Below, in pieces: positions 10,879-19,483 of a stretch of 64,000 bases of DNA. The stretch lies in the sequence record DRR378314_1378. One strand, written 5' to 3'. Positions within the stretch are counted from its first letter, which is position 1. Each line of letters opens with the position of its first letter. The notes under the pieces are model-generated. The model saw only the letters and a list, made by a program, of their open reading frames with translations. It did not search any database and was not told where the DNA came from. Position numbers and translations under genes: made by a program.

Positions 10879-11849
10879 TATTTGCGCCCCATAAATAAAG
10901 CTAGAATTGCAACACCACCTAAACCGATAACAATATAGGTCATTGATTTGTTGGTACTGATTGCGAGTTGTTGACCGTCTGAGCGGCTTGCATGGTCTGC
11001 AAACTGCATTGCTTGCTTATGTGCCAGAATCGTTTGGTCTCCCGCGTTATTGTACGCTTCACTGATTTTATCGACTGCACCCTCGGCCAGTGCTGCCGCC
11101 AGATTGCTGTTATTATCAATCGAGTAATAAGCTAAATCAGCCATGCCTTGATTGGCGTTTTCTATCGCACCCGTTGTGGTCAACAACGCGTTATTGGAAA
11201 AGGCTGTATTGTTGCCGTGCATATTTTCGGCGCTTTGGATGACTGCATAGGCTAAATCGCTATTTTCAGCAATGGCCGAATCAGCCAGTGCATTTTGTGC
11301 ATTGATACTATCGCTTGCCAGATTACTATTAGCCGCTAGCGCATCGGAGCCAAAACCAAGCGAACTCGCCATAATATCAAGCATCCCGCTTTGCGTATCG
11401 CGAGCAAAATCAAATGCGTTATCCTGAGCACCACCCATTGCATCAAGTACATTATTGCCAAAATCAAAGGCGTTATCCTGAGCTCGTCCCGCTGCAATTA
11501 ATGAGTCATTACCAAAGTTAAACGCCATACTTGCGTTGTCGTTGGCAAAGTCGAGCGAATCTCGATTAACATCGCTTGCAAAATCGAACGCGTTTGAAGT
11601 GACATTTTCGGTCATGTATGCGTTATCGCTGGCAATATCGCCAACGGTCGCACCCATTTCGGCTACATTGCCGTTCATATCGCCCCAAATACCTATCAAG
11701 CCATCTACTAGGCCGTGGTCTGTTTGGGTGATGTTATAAGAATTACCATTCCCGTTTGTAATATAGCCGTTATTATCACCTTCAACACCGATACTTGTAC
11801 TTGTGTTGTTAGTGGTTTGATTACTGTTAGAGCGTGATTTACTGCCCAT
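10878..11849 (-). CDS. PM2 P10-like virion protein
   Basis: Probable start MGSKSRSNS; NGNGN and TDHG motifs; A/N/D-rich repeats; C-terminal TM. Confidence 0.7.
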   Translation of the reverse strand: MGSKSRSNSNQTTNNTSTSIGVEGDNNGYITNGNGNSYNITQTDHGLVDGLIGIWGDMNGNVAEMGATVGDIASDNAYMTENVTSNAFDFASDVNRDSLDFANDNASMAFNFGNDSLIAAGRAQDNAFDFGNNVLDAMGGAQDNAFDFARDTQSGMLDIMASSLGFGSDALAANSNLASDSINAQNALADSAIAENSDLAYAVIQSAENMHGNNTAFSNNALLTTTGAIENANQGMADLAYYSIDNNSNLAAALAEGAVDKISEAYNNAGDQTILAHKQAMQFADHASRSDGQQLAISTNKSMTYIVIGLGGVAILALFMGRK

Positions 11850-12204
11850 GTAGCACCATCCTAAAAACCGCGTACCCAGACGGCGCGGTCTCAAAAAAGT
11901 TGAAATTACAATGCTTGAGTAAGCGCGTTAGCGCTGATCGCTTGGTGTGGAATAGAATTGATGTTAAGCCGAGCTTTTTAGCTAGCTTGATTACAATGTA
12001 GCTTGCTTGCTTTAGGTTTTGCCCTTGAGCACATACAACCGTCAATGAGCGCCCATCAACTCTTAAAACAAAATAAACACCGCAAATATTAACGAAACGC
12101 GAAACGCCTTTTTCAACCTCGCGTTTAACGCAGTTAAAATCAGCAAGCGAACCCGCCGCTTGCTCGATTTTGTGAAGTTCGGAAAACCGACAGAACTCAA
12201 GCAT
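11839..12204 (-). CDS. PM2 gp-j-like protein
   Basis: Position between P8-like and P10-like genes; ILFHTKR motif. Confidence 0.55.
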   Translation of the reverse strand: MLEFCRFSELHKIEQAAGSLADFNCVKREVEKGVSRFVNICGVYFVLRVDGRSLTVVCAQGQNLKQASYIVIKLAKKLGLTSILFHTKRSALTRLLKHCNFNFFETAPSGYAVFRMVLHGQ

Positions 12205-12380
12205 TATTTTTTAAGTAAAAATAAAGCAACTAAAGCCACAGCGCCGATAATCAGAATTTGATTATTATTGCTGGAACCAAAGCTAACCGAGCCACCATGA
12301 AAACCAACCTTTGCGGATTGGTCTCCCGTTCCCGAACTTGCCGCGCTTGAATTGCTGGCACTCATGCCGCCGCCACCCAT
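12204..12380 (-). CDS. PM2 P8-like membrane protein (58 aa; not in ORF track)
   Basis: MGGGGMSASNSSAASSGTGDQ...GGSVSFGSSNNNQILIIGAVALVALFLLKK resembles PM2 P8 as recalled. Confidence 0.75.
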   Translation of the reverse strand: MGGGGMSASNSSAASSGTGDQSAKVGFHGGSVSFGSSNNNQILIIGAVALVALFLLKK

Positions 12381-12493
12381 TACACCGCCGCCTTATCTTT
12401 ACGCATGTATTCACGGACTTTTTCAGCAACGATTGCACCGATTGCCGCGATTGCCACAGCGTAAGCAAACGCTTTTAAGCCTTTTTTACTCAT
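12380..12493 (-). CDS. PM2 P4-like small membrane protein (37 aa; not in ORF track)
   Basis: MSKKGLKAFAYAVAIAAIGAIVAEKVREYMRKDKAAV; start and stop overlap both neighbours. Confidence 0.65.
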   Translation of the reverse strand: MSKKGLKAFAYAVAIAAIGAIVAEKVREYMRKDKAAV

Positions 12494-12876
12494 GATTTCG
12501 CCACCTTTAAAAGAACGCTCACAGCAAGCAACCCACCAAATGCCAGAATAACTTGTTTTTGAGGGAACCCGAACACCATCACTTCGGCTGGTTTTGCAGA
12601 TTGTGCAACCGGTGTTTTTGGTGTATCAACCATCACCGCCGCGCCGTTTTCAAATTCAACGTTGTTTTCATCGTCAATGCGCGCTTGGCCTGTCGATTTT
12701 TTCATTGCTTGAATTTGCTCATACTGCCCGTAAAGGTTTAACGCATTGCCGAGCGCATTATTTACACCACCCGTAAAATTGCCCCATGCTGATTGTTGCG
12801 GCATTACTGCGATATTATCAATCGCATTGGAGGCGGCGGCATTAGCCGCACCCCCTACTGCACCTAAATTAAACAT
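12490..12876 (-). CDS. PM2 P3-like membrane protein
   Basis: Directly after the capsid gene; C-terminal TM. Confidence 0.6.
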   Translation of the reverse strand: MFNLGAVGGAANAAASNAIDNIAVMPQQSAWGNFTGGVNNALGNALNLYGQYEQIQAMKKSTGQARIDDENNVEFENGAAVMVDTPKTPVAQSAKPAEVMVFGFPQKQVILAFGGLLAVSVLLKVAKS

Positions 12877-12884
12877 GCAACCCC

Positions 12885-13694
12885 CTAGAATGAGCTTTTA
12901 GCGTAATCATCAAAGTAGTGAACAACAACCTCGGCGGGCCCAGTTGCCCCCACATCAAGACGCAAGCGCATATCATTGATAAGTGGGTCAAGCATTAGGC
13001 CGCCGAACACATCACCATCAAGCATCAAGTCAATCGCGTGAACACCCGCTTGTGGTTTTCGCCCGTTTTGCTTAAGGATATGGTCGTGCAGGGCTTTCGG
13101 GATGTTATCGCGCCACTTGATATTATTTACTAAGAACTCAGACGAATTGATGTTCGGGTGTTTGATTTCAATAAGTGCAATATACGCACCCACTGGGCGC
13201 GGTAAATCCGCAACCTCTTGAACACCTTCAACTAGATTCATTCGGAATGAGCGACGCTTAAATAACCAGCTCGGCGCAGTCGGTGCGGCCTTTTCGCAGA
13301 ACGCTTTAATGACTGGCGCGGTTGCAGCTTGGTCAATATCAAACTTGATTTGACACAACTTAATGCCCGCAGTACCCAAACCAAAAAAGCGCTCTACAAC
13401 TAAATCAGGTTTCACAGGGCTGCGAACTTCTGAGCGTGCAAAGTGCATCGTTGCATAGCCCGCTAATTTTTCGCGGTTGAAATAATCGTTTTCTTTCAAT
13501 AAATCTTCAAGCGTTGCGTATTCTGTTAGTGTACGACCGTTAATTTCTACCTTAACGTTTTTGATTTGTGCCGCAGTAACGCCCGTAAATAAAAAGTGTA
13601 TTTTTTCATACGTTGCGTTTACTGGTAATGAAAGTGAAGCAGTACCGCCAGCGGTAACGCCTGTAATATTGTTAAGTGGTGAAATCTCGCGCAT
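12885..13694 (-). CDS. Double jelly-roll major capsid protein (PM2 P2-like)
   Basis: 269 aa; GVTAAQIKNVKVEINGR, CQIKFDID, APSWL and ADLPRPVG match PM2 P2 segments as recalled. Confidence 0.93.
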   Translation of the reverse strand: MREISPLNNITGVTAGGTASLSLPVNATYEKIHFLFTGVTAAQIKNVKVEINGRTLTEYATLEDLLKENDYFNREKLAGYATMHFARSEVRSPVKPDLVVERFFGLGTAGIKLCQIKFDIDQAATAPVIKAFCEKAAPTAPSWLFKRRSFRMNLVEGVQEVADLPRPVGAYIALIEIKHPNINSSEFLVNNIKWRDNIPKALHDHILKQNGRKPQAGVHAIDLMLDGDVFGGLMLDPLINDMRLRLDVGATGPAEVVVHYFDDYAKSSF

Positions 13695-13704
13695 GAGCTA
13701 CCCC

Positions 13705-13812
13705 TTAACCTAAAACAATGCGTTTTACTGGACGGGCAGCGCGAACATTTGAAAGAACCGCCAAAATTGCAAGCGTAACGCCCACAGGGATTAAAACTTT
13801 TTTATCTAACAT
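13705..13812 (-). CDS. PM2 P7-like small membrane protein (35 aa; not in ORF track)
   Basis: MLDKKVLIPVGVTLAILAVLSNVRAARPVKRIVLG; AGGT RBS; directly upstream of the capsid gene. Confidence 0.7.
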   Translation of the reverse strand: MLDKKVLIPVGVTLAILAVLSNVRAARPVKRIVLG

Positions 13813-13878
13813 GATTTGATACCTAATTTAATTAAAGGCGCGATTGCCCGTTAAAATTCGGTATTCAATAAATCAATC

Positions 13879-13944
13879 ATTTCGCTCTTTCGTCCAACGG
13901 ATTTCGCTCCCCCTATAGCGAAAAGAGCGAAATTTCGCTCTTTT
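13879..13944. promoter_or_regulatory. Operator cluster upstream of the structural operon (TTTCGCT repeats and a 24-bp perfect palindrome)
   Basis: ATTTCGCTC at 13879 and 13901; AAAAGAGCGAAATTTCGCTCTTTT at 13921-13944. Confidence 0.6.
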
Positions 13945-13946
13945 AT

Positions 13947-14171
13947 TTACTCAACATCAATGAAAACCCCTATCTTCAACCCTAGATGCTCTGCTATTTG
14001 ATCAGCTCTTTCTACTGTTAACTTAGCTTTTCCACTCATAACTCGGCTAAAACTGGCTTGTGATATACCAATTTTTTTCGCTATTACTTCACCTTTAATT
14101 CCCTTTGCTTTCCTTTCCCTTTCAAGTGCAAACCTCAATAAATCAGCCAAGCCTACATCTCGAATATTCAT
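13947..14171 (-). CDS. XRE-family HTH transcriptional regulator
   Basis: IAKKIGISQASFSRVMSGK helix-turn-helix. Confidence 0.85.
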   Translation of the reverse strand: MNIRDVGLADLLRFALERERKAKGIKGEVIAKKIGISQASFSRVMSGKAKLTVERADQIAEHLGLKIGVFIDVE

Positions 14172-15001
14172 TGACCGCCCCGCAAATCATTAAAGGTTAT
14201 CTTTTTACATTCGCCTATGAACTTTGATTTTTTATCAACGTTTATCATGTAGGGTTCAATATTTCCTATTCCGCCGCGCGATTTAACAAGATAATAAAGC
14301 CGCTCATCTTCATACTCTGCGTTTTGCTTACTTAGCTGTATTACGTCCGCTATTTCTGCATCAAGTTCGACTGATATTAACTTTGCATCATGGCGGGATT
14401 CTTGAGCGCCTAACACCTTGCGTGGACTGTTGTTCCATATCGTTTTTGGCACTTCCTGCGAGCGCTGAAAGATGGTGTGAAGGATTAAGCCAAATTTGCG
14501 GCCACCTGTAGCCATTTCGCCTATTATGGTGTCATCTTTACCCGCAGTACTGGCAAGCTTTGCAAGCTCTTCAATGATTACGTGCAACTCCCTGTTACCA
14601 TCTGTTGCCGTCCACATTACCTGTGCAAACCAATGAAGCTCAGCAACGCGGGCATCTTTCAGTTTTGAGCCTTTTAAGGCGGGGCTGAATTGCGGTGAAT
14701 ACGCAACAATGAACTTTTTACCACTTCGCCATGCAGCAGCGAACGCTTCCACGAATTTCGCTCTTGTTTGGTAGTGGTAAACAGGTCGGTTGTTAATGCC
14801 ATTGAACGGGGAGTTTTTGCGGCCATCGTATTTATAATCACCGTACATGTCGAATATGGCTACATGCTCACCTACTAAACCAAGTAGCTTTACGGCGGTT
14901 GTTTTACCGCCGCCAGTACCCGCCAGATAGCAAACATGTTTTGCTTTAAGTGAATTGTTTTCATTAACTGGCACTAATAGTAACCTCACCGCTTTGGTCA
15001 A
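14168..15001 (-). CDS. FtsK/HerA-type genome-packaging ATPase (PM2 P9-like); start codon uncertain
   Basis: AGTGGGKT Walker A, VIIEEL Walker B, GRKFG and FQRSQ motifs. Confidence 0.85.
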   Translation of the reverse strand: MTKAVRLLLVPVNENNSLKAKHVCYLAGTGGGKTTAVKLLGLVGEHVAIFDMYGDYKYDGRKNSPFNGINNRPVYHYQTRAKFVEAFAAAWRSGKKFIVAYSPQFSPALKGSKLKDARVAELHWFAQVMWTATDGNRELHVIIEELAKLASTAGKDDTIIGEMATGGRKFGLILHTIFQRSQEVPKTIWNNSPRKVLGAQESRHDAKLISVELDAEIADVIQLSKQNAEYEDERLYYLVKSRGGIGNIEPYMINVDKKSKFIGECKKITFNDLRGGQ

Positions 15002-15611
15002 ATTGCATGTTAGATTTAGCAGCCTTTTGAGCTTTTAAATCTTCCGCTTTTTGCATGTTAATTTGCTTATAAATTGATAGCCCCGCCATTGCGAGAACAC
15101 CGAATAATTCCAATTCTTCACGATAGCGAATTAGCCACGGTGGGAGCGTTGCGCCTTTGGTGTATTTCGCCAGCACTGGCACGGCTTTTTGTGCAATGAC
15201 TTGCTTTGTGTCGTGGTCGATAGTAACGGGAACGCTAAACATTGATTCAACAAAACCAGCCCCCGTATCAACAAAGAACCCAGCAGCAGCGGCGGTATCT
15301 TCTTCGCTCATTTTCTGTGTTTCGGTTTGCTCTATTTGCTCGCCTGTTTCGCTTTGTGTTTGCGTGGTATTTGCTTGCTGTGCAAGTGCATCGAGTTCGG
15401 CGTATTCTTCATGTAAATTTTGCTCAAACGGAACACCCACATTAATCTCGCTAGCTTGCTCTGATTCCTGCGATTGCTGCAAGTCCTGTGATTGCACCGA
15501 AGATGAAGAATCCGAACCCATTCGTAGCCCCTCCATCGCTTGTGCAACTAGTGTTTTTTTCGGTGCTGTTTGTGTTGTTTCGCTCATTATTTTCGCTCTC
15601 TTTAATTTCAT
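14964..15611 (-). CDS. Hypothetical phage protein (Q/E/S-rich N-terminus, hydrophobic C-terminal segment)
   Basis: Lies in the operon upstream of the ATPase; likely start at MSETT. Confidence 0.55.
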   Translation of the reverse strand: MKLKRAKIMSETTQTAPKKTLVAQAMEGLRMGSDSSSSVQSQDLQQSQESEQASEINVGVPFEQNLHEEYAELDALAQQANTTQTQSETGEQIEQTETQKMSEEDTAAAAGFFVDTGAGFVESMFSVPVTIDHDTKQVIAQKAVPVLAKYTKGATLPPWLIRYREELELFGVLAMAGLSIYKQINMQKAEDLKAQKAAKSNMQFDQSGEVTISAS

Positions 15612-15942
15612 TGTTAACGCTCTGTATCGCTTGTATTACTTCGGGTGGCTGCCATTCATCCGCTTTAATTTCGCTTGGAATTTGCGGGGTGTTTAGTGGT
15701 TGTGCAATTTCGCTTTCAATAGCGGAATTTTCGCCCATGTTTTGCCCTATGGCTTTTTCCCATTTCGCCTGTAGTTTCGCCCCACTTCGTTTATCCATTC
15801 CGCAGTTTGGGCAGTGTAAATATAAATATTGTTTACCCGTTTTTTGTCGGCGAATAGCTGCGAACCCGCCGCAAGCGTCACACTCACAAGCACCTAAATC
15901 AGGATTGCTTGATTTACCTTTAACCGCCATACTCACCCCCAT
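15451..15942 (-). CDS. Zinc-ribbon protein with C-terminal TM (PM2 P14-like activator candidate)
   Basis: CECDAC...HCPNC cysteine pairs; position after the replication gene. Confidence 0.55.
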   Translation of the reverse strand: MGVSMAVKGKSSNPDLGACECDACGGFAAIRRQKTGKQYLYLHCPNCGMDKRSGAKLQAKWEKAIGQNMGENSAIESEIAQPLNTPQIPSEIKADEWQPPEVIQAIQSVNNEIKESENNERNNTNSTEKNTSCTSDGGATNGFGFFIFGAITGLAAIAGIRAS

Positions 15943-16135
15943 TAATTAACTCGTCTAAATCACAAAGCCTTAAAACACGTTCAACGCTCTCAATCCGTGA
16001 ATACAATTCATCAAAACAGGCGATTGCATCATCAATTGCACCCTCAGCCATTTCGATTTTTTTACCCATTTGCAAAGCGCCGAGCTTTTTAGCTTGTTGG
16101 ATTTTTTCTTTTGCGGCGGCTAGTTTTTTACTCAT
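15920..16135 (-). CDS. Small hypothetical protein (PM2 P13 position)
   Basis: Coupled to the replication gene stop; coiled-coil-like. Confidence 0.5.
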   Translation of the reverse strand: MSKKLAAAKEKIQQAKKLGALQMGKKIEMAEGAIDDAIACFDELYSRIESVERVLRLCDLDELINGGEYGG

Positions 16136-18038
16136 AATTAATTGTCTCTTGATGTAATTGGTTATTTCTAACCTTAAATTGTGTGATTGTTCTTAGTGCT
16201 GCATCATCTTCATAGTAAGTTGCACCGCGTAGAACGCTGTTTCTTATCTCTTGAGGTATTAAAGCGATGGGATTCAACCTATCACCCGCGCCTATTTGCC
16301 AATCATTAGCGGGGTGGTTACAGTTATTTTCAGTGCTCCAAGTAGCGCCGCTGTCGCGACTTTTAAGAGAAAAACGCGCGTCACGCGTTGTTAAAAGGCG
16401 AGATTTAAAAACCTGTGTAATACCTACAGTTCGCTTTTTTTGCTCCCCGTACTCGTTAACCCCATCACCCACACGGGAAATTTGAAAAGGCCTTTCAGTA
16501 CGCTTTGCAAACGCACCACCCATAAGATGAATAAACCGCGCAAACTGTGAGTTATCAGCAGCCTTGAAAACTTCACGGAGTCGCTTAGAGCCTCGGCCAA
16601 CTCGCTCAGTTTTTGCGCGTCTAAACTCACGCCATAAACCAACACTTGCACCACCAACAAACTGAAATTGACGAATGCGCCAACGACTAGCCCAAGCACC
16701 CACATTAAGCACAAGGCCACTTTCACTATTAAATTCATTACCTGTTTCATTGTCTGTTTCACCCTCTACATGATTTGCATTAATGTTTTTTGAAATATAT
16801 TTAGCGATATAACCCACCGCCGAACTTTTTGAAGAATCTATTTTTTCAGCAGTAAAACGCGCTTGCTCTGCGCCTTTTTCGTCACCGTCCACTTGCATTG
16901 CATATTGTTTAATTGTGTTTGTTGTTGCTTGTTCATCCTTTGGTAGCATGAACAAAAGCATGTGCCAGTGTGGTGTAGCGTCATGGTGTGGCTCAACAAC
17001 GCGAACGCCAAAAACAGGAACGCCCGCCTTTGCTAATTCGGCGCGGACTTTTGCCCACTGATTAACTAAAAAGGCTTGTGTTTCTTTCGGGGTCGCATTG
17101 TTGTATTTTTTGCTGTTTGCGTGGTATTTACTCGGCGCGGTAATGGTATAAAACACAGCATTCATACCTTGCGTTTCTGCATATTCTTCATAACCCCGAA
17201 TACGTACCATTAATTCAACGCGGCGAATCTCTGGATTAGAAACCGACCCCTTGAACACCTCAGCCAAGTCGAGAATGGTTTCGCCGTCTTCGCTTTCAAG
17301 TTGCATTGAATCCAACCATTCCTGCTGGGATTTTTTGGCATAACGAAATTCATTAACGGCCTGTAATGACGCGTAAGGGCTGTTTTTCTTATTCACTAAG
17401 CCAAGAGTTATGTTTAAGTGCTCTAAGGTCATATCACGCATTCTATTAAGCTTGCGTAGCCACCACTTATCACAACACATGCGCTTAATGGCTATTTCTA
17501 ATTTATCCGCCATTAATTCACTATTGCCGCCCTTTTCCATAAACGTTTGGAACACCGACCAAGCGGGGGCGGTTTCGAGCTGGCTAACAGTAAATTCAGC
17601 CAATTTTTTATAGGTGGTTAATACAAGTGCGGTGGCCTGTGCAAGCGTCATATCTTTATCAAATGTGATAATGCTTTCTTGCTGGCAAACTAGCGCTAAT
17701 TGCTTTGCTTTATCGCGGCGGCATTTTTCACGTTGCAATTCAGTGATTGATAATGGTGAACGGGCCACTATTTCATTTACGCGCTTTATTAGTTCGCGTA
17801 AATAAATATTAGCGCTGCGCTCTGGATTTTTGGCTGTAGCGGAATTAAAGCGGGCGGCGTAAGTCTTTGCGGCGTGGCGGCGCAGGTAAGTGGTAGGTAT
17901 GTTTTTTAGTTGCTCTTTGACGTATTCAGCAGCTTTATCAAACCCAAATGCAGGAGAACAAAACGGCACAGGGCGGACTAACTCAATTGGTTTCAGTCCG
18001 CCTTTTACTGGTTCGTATGCAATTGGTAAACTACGCAT
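16128..18038 (-). CDS. Rolling-circle replication initiator, P2 gpA-like HUH endonuclease
   Basis: FYTITAPSKYH, EPHHDATPHWHML and GYIAKYISKNI (YxxKY), W...WRIRQFQF motifs. Confidence 0.92.
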   Translation of the reverse strand: MRSLPIAYEPVKGGLKPIELVRPVPFCSPAFGFDKAAEYVKEQLKNIPTTYLRRHAAKTYAARFNSATAKNPERSANIYLRELIKRVNEIVARSPLSITELQREKCRRDKAKQLALVCQQESIITFDKDMTLAQATALVLTTYKKLAEFTVSQLETAPAWSVFQTFMEKGGNSELMADKLEIAIKRMCCDKWWLRKLNRMRDMTLEHLNITLGLVNKKNSPYASLQAVNEFRYAKKSQQEWLDSMQLESEDGETILDLAEVFKGSVSNPEIRRVELMVRIRGYEEYAETQGMNAVFYTITAPSKYHANSKKYNNATPKETQAFLVNQWAKVRAELAKAGVPVFGVRVVEPHHDATPHWHMLLFMLPKDEQATTNTIKQYAMQVDGDEKGAEQARFTAEKIDSSKSSAVGYIAKYISKNINANHVEGETDNETGNEFNSESGLVLNVGAWASRWRIRQFQFVGGASVGLWREFRRAKTERVGRGSKRLREVFKAADNSQFARFIHLMGGAFAKRTERPFQISRVGDGVNEYGEQKKRTVGITQVFKSRLLTTRDARFSLKSRDSGATWSTENNCNHPANDWQIGAGDRLNPIALIPQEIRNSVLRGATYYEDDAALRTITQFKVRNNQLHQETINYE

Positions 18039-18297
18039 CTATTAAAAGCGCCGCCCAATCGCACATTGCACCATCTAATAAATGCCCTTCTTCATGCTGT
18101 CCATTATCATGCAGGCAATCAACCAAATCACAAATTAACTCAATTTGCTCGGCGGTAGGCTTTACGTTTAACTCAATCGACTTACCAATTGATTTGCGCC
18201 AACCTCTCGACAACTTAACGGCCACAGCAGATAAAACAATGTGAGCTGTCGCAACGGTAAAATCAAGACCGCCTGTTATGCCTTGCGCTTCATTCAT
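18031..18297 (-). CDS. Hypothetical early phage protein
   Basis: Translationally coupled within the early operon. Confidence 0.55.
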   Translation of the reverse strand: MNEAQGITGGLDFTVATAHIVLSAVAVKLSRGWRKSIGKSIELNVKPTAEQIELICDLVDCLHDNGQHEEGHLLDGAMCDWAALLIDA

Positions 18298-18518
18298 AAC
18301 GTCACCATTTTAGATTGCGTTGCGCGAACTAAAGCGCGGCGGCGCAGCTCGTCATTTTCGACCGGTGTTTTGATTTGCTCTTTGATTTGATTTTCGCGGG
18401 CAAGCTCTGCTTTTTTATTTTTAAATGCAAGCTTTAGCTGTGCAGCTTTGCCACGCGCATAATCCCAATGACTTTCACTGGACTTTAATTCGGTTATTTC
18501 AACTTTATATTGGCTCAT
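18294..18518 (-). CDS. Hypothetical early phage protein
   Basis: Translationally coupled within the early operon. Confidence 0.55.
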   Translation of the reverse strand: MSQYKVEITELKSSESHWDYARGKAAQLKLAFKNKKAELARENQIKEQIKTPVENDELRRRALVRATQSKMVTL

Positions 18519-18520
18519 AG

Positions 18521-18892
18521 TTAAATAACCTCGCGTAATTTTTCAACCAATCCGCAACCAATACCAATCCTTTCGGGGTTTGAGTCTTGGAAATCTACAA
18601 AAGTATTAAGGCGCTCTTTGGCTGTTTTAATGTGCTCTTTTACGTGCTCTGTTTGAACTTGTTTCTCAAGGCATGATAGATAACCAATTATTGCGGCTAT
18701 GCTTGCTTGGTCTTTACCTCTGAACACAATCACTGGTTCATCTTCTGGTATCCAGTAGCCACCGTTATGACTCCAGATTCTACTATTTAAAAAACAGTAT
18801 TTAGGGTCTTGATTTGGTGTTGGTAGTGGGCTTGGTGCTGGGGTATTCCAGTCTGCATTTTTAACTGGTCTTAGTGTTGTTGCGCTATTCAT
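18521..18892 (-). CDS. Hypothetical early phage protein (first gene of early operon)
   Basis: AAGGTGA RBS; DEPVIVFRGKD motif. Confidence 0.6.
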   Translation of the reverse strand: MNSATTLRPVKNADWNTPAPSPLPTPNQDPKYCFLNSRIWSHNGGYWIPEDEPVIVFRGKDQASIAAIIGYLSCLEKQVQTEHVKEHIKTAKERLNTFVDFQDSNPERIGIGCGLVEKLREVI

Positions 18893-18939
18893 AAATCACC
18901 TTTGGCATTGGTAAATTGATTCGTTCACTTTGGCTTAAT

Positions 18940-18975
18940 AAAAAAGCGGTTACTGTATATTTAAACAGTAACCGC
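18940..18975 (-). terminator. Intrinsic terminator in the leader of the early operon
   Basis: Perfect 11-bp stem GCGGTTACTGT/ACAGTAACCGC followed by T6 on the minus strand. Confidence 0.75.
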
Positions 18976-19042
18976 CAAGCCAAAGGACATGGTTAACAGG
19001 CGGTTAAGCTTGTTGAAATGGATGATAGACCACGCAGCGCCA

Positions 19043-19086
19043 CCTAGTCTACATCATGCCATCTAGTGCATATCATGTGGACTAGG
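19043..19086. promoter_or_regulatory. Inverted-repeat operator in the divergent promoter region
   Basis: CCTAGTCTACAT-N20-ATGTGGACTAGG (1 mismatch) between the repressor and the early operon. Confidence 0.5.
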
Positions 19087-19129
19087 ACTATAATCAAAAA
19101 AGTGACATGCCAAGACGGACACAAAACGT

Positions 19130-19408
19130 ATGAAAATAACGAATTCATTTGAGCTTTTAGAATGGTTTAAAAGCACCGCCGATATTGACTCTGATTACAT
19201 GGTTAGTAAATTGACTGGCATATCAAAACAAACGCTTAGCCATGTAAGAACTGGCGACCGTGATTTTTCAGAAACTATATCGTTGCAACTTCTTTTGATT
19301 GCTGAACACCCTGAACCCTTAAAAACACTGGCTTTAATAGAGGCTGACAAGGCGGAAAAGAAGGGTAAGCCAGAGGTGGCTAAAATGTGGCGTAAAAGTG
19401 CAGCTTAG
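19130..19408 (+). CDS. DUF3693-like HTH repressor candidate
   Basis: SDYMVSKLTGISKQTLSHVRTG HTH and C-terminal EADKA...W; divergent from the early operon. Confidence 0.7.
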   Translation: MKITNSFELLEWFKSTADIDSDYMVSKLTGISKQTLSHVRTGDRDFSETISLQLLLIAEHPEPLKTLALIEADKAEKKGKPEVAKMWRKSAA

Positions 19409-19483
19409 ATGAAAACTACCCCCGACATTTTGTCGGTCTCGTTTTGTGAAAATGCCCGCCCCGCGCGGGTTGTAAGCGTATGT

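Noticed and set aside
15157-15949. Plus-strand ORFs of 179 and 153 aa
   Set aside because: Antisense shadows of the minus-strand operon with implausible composition
19471-19476. TGTAAG as an alternative left end of the Mu-like prophage
   Set aside because: Preceded by CGGGT rather than ATAGC and lacks the TYTAGAA box at positions 19-25; 19534 fits both
6595-19483. Possible phage-encoded integrase in the DJR element
   Set aside because: No ORF with tyrosine or serine recombinase motifs was found
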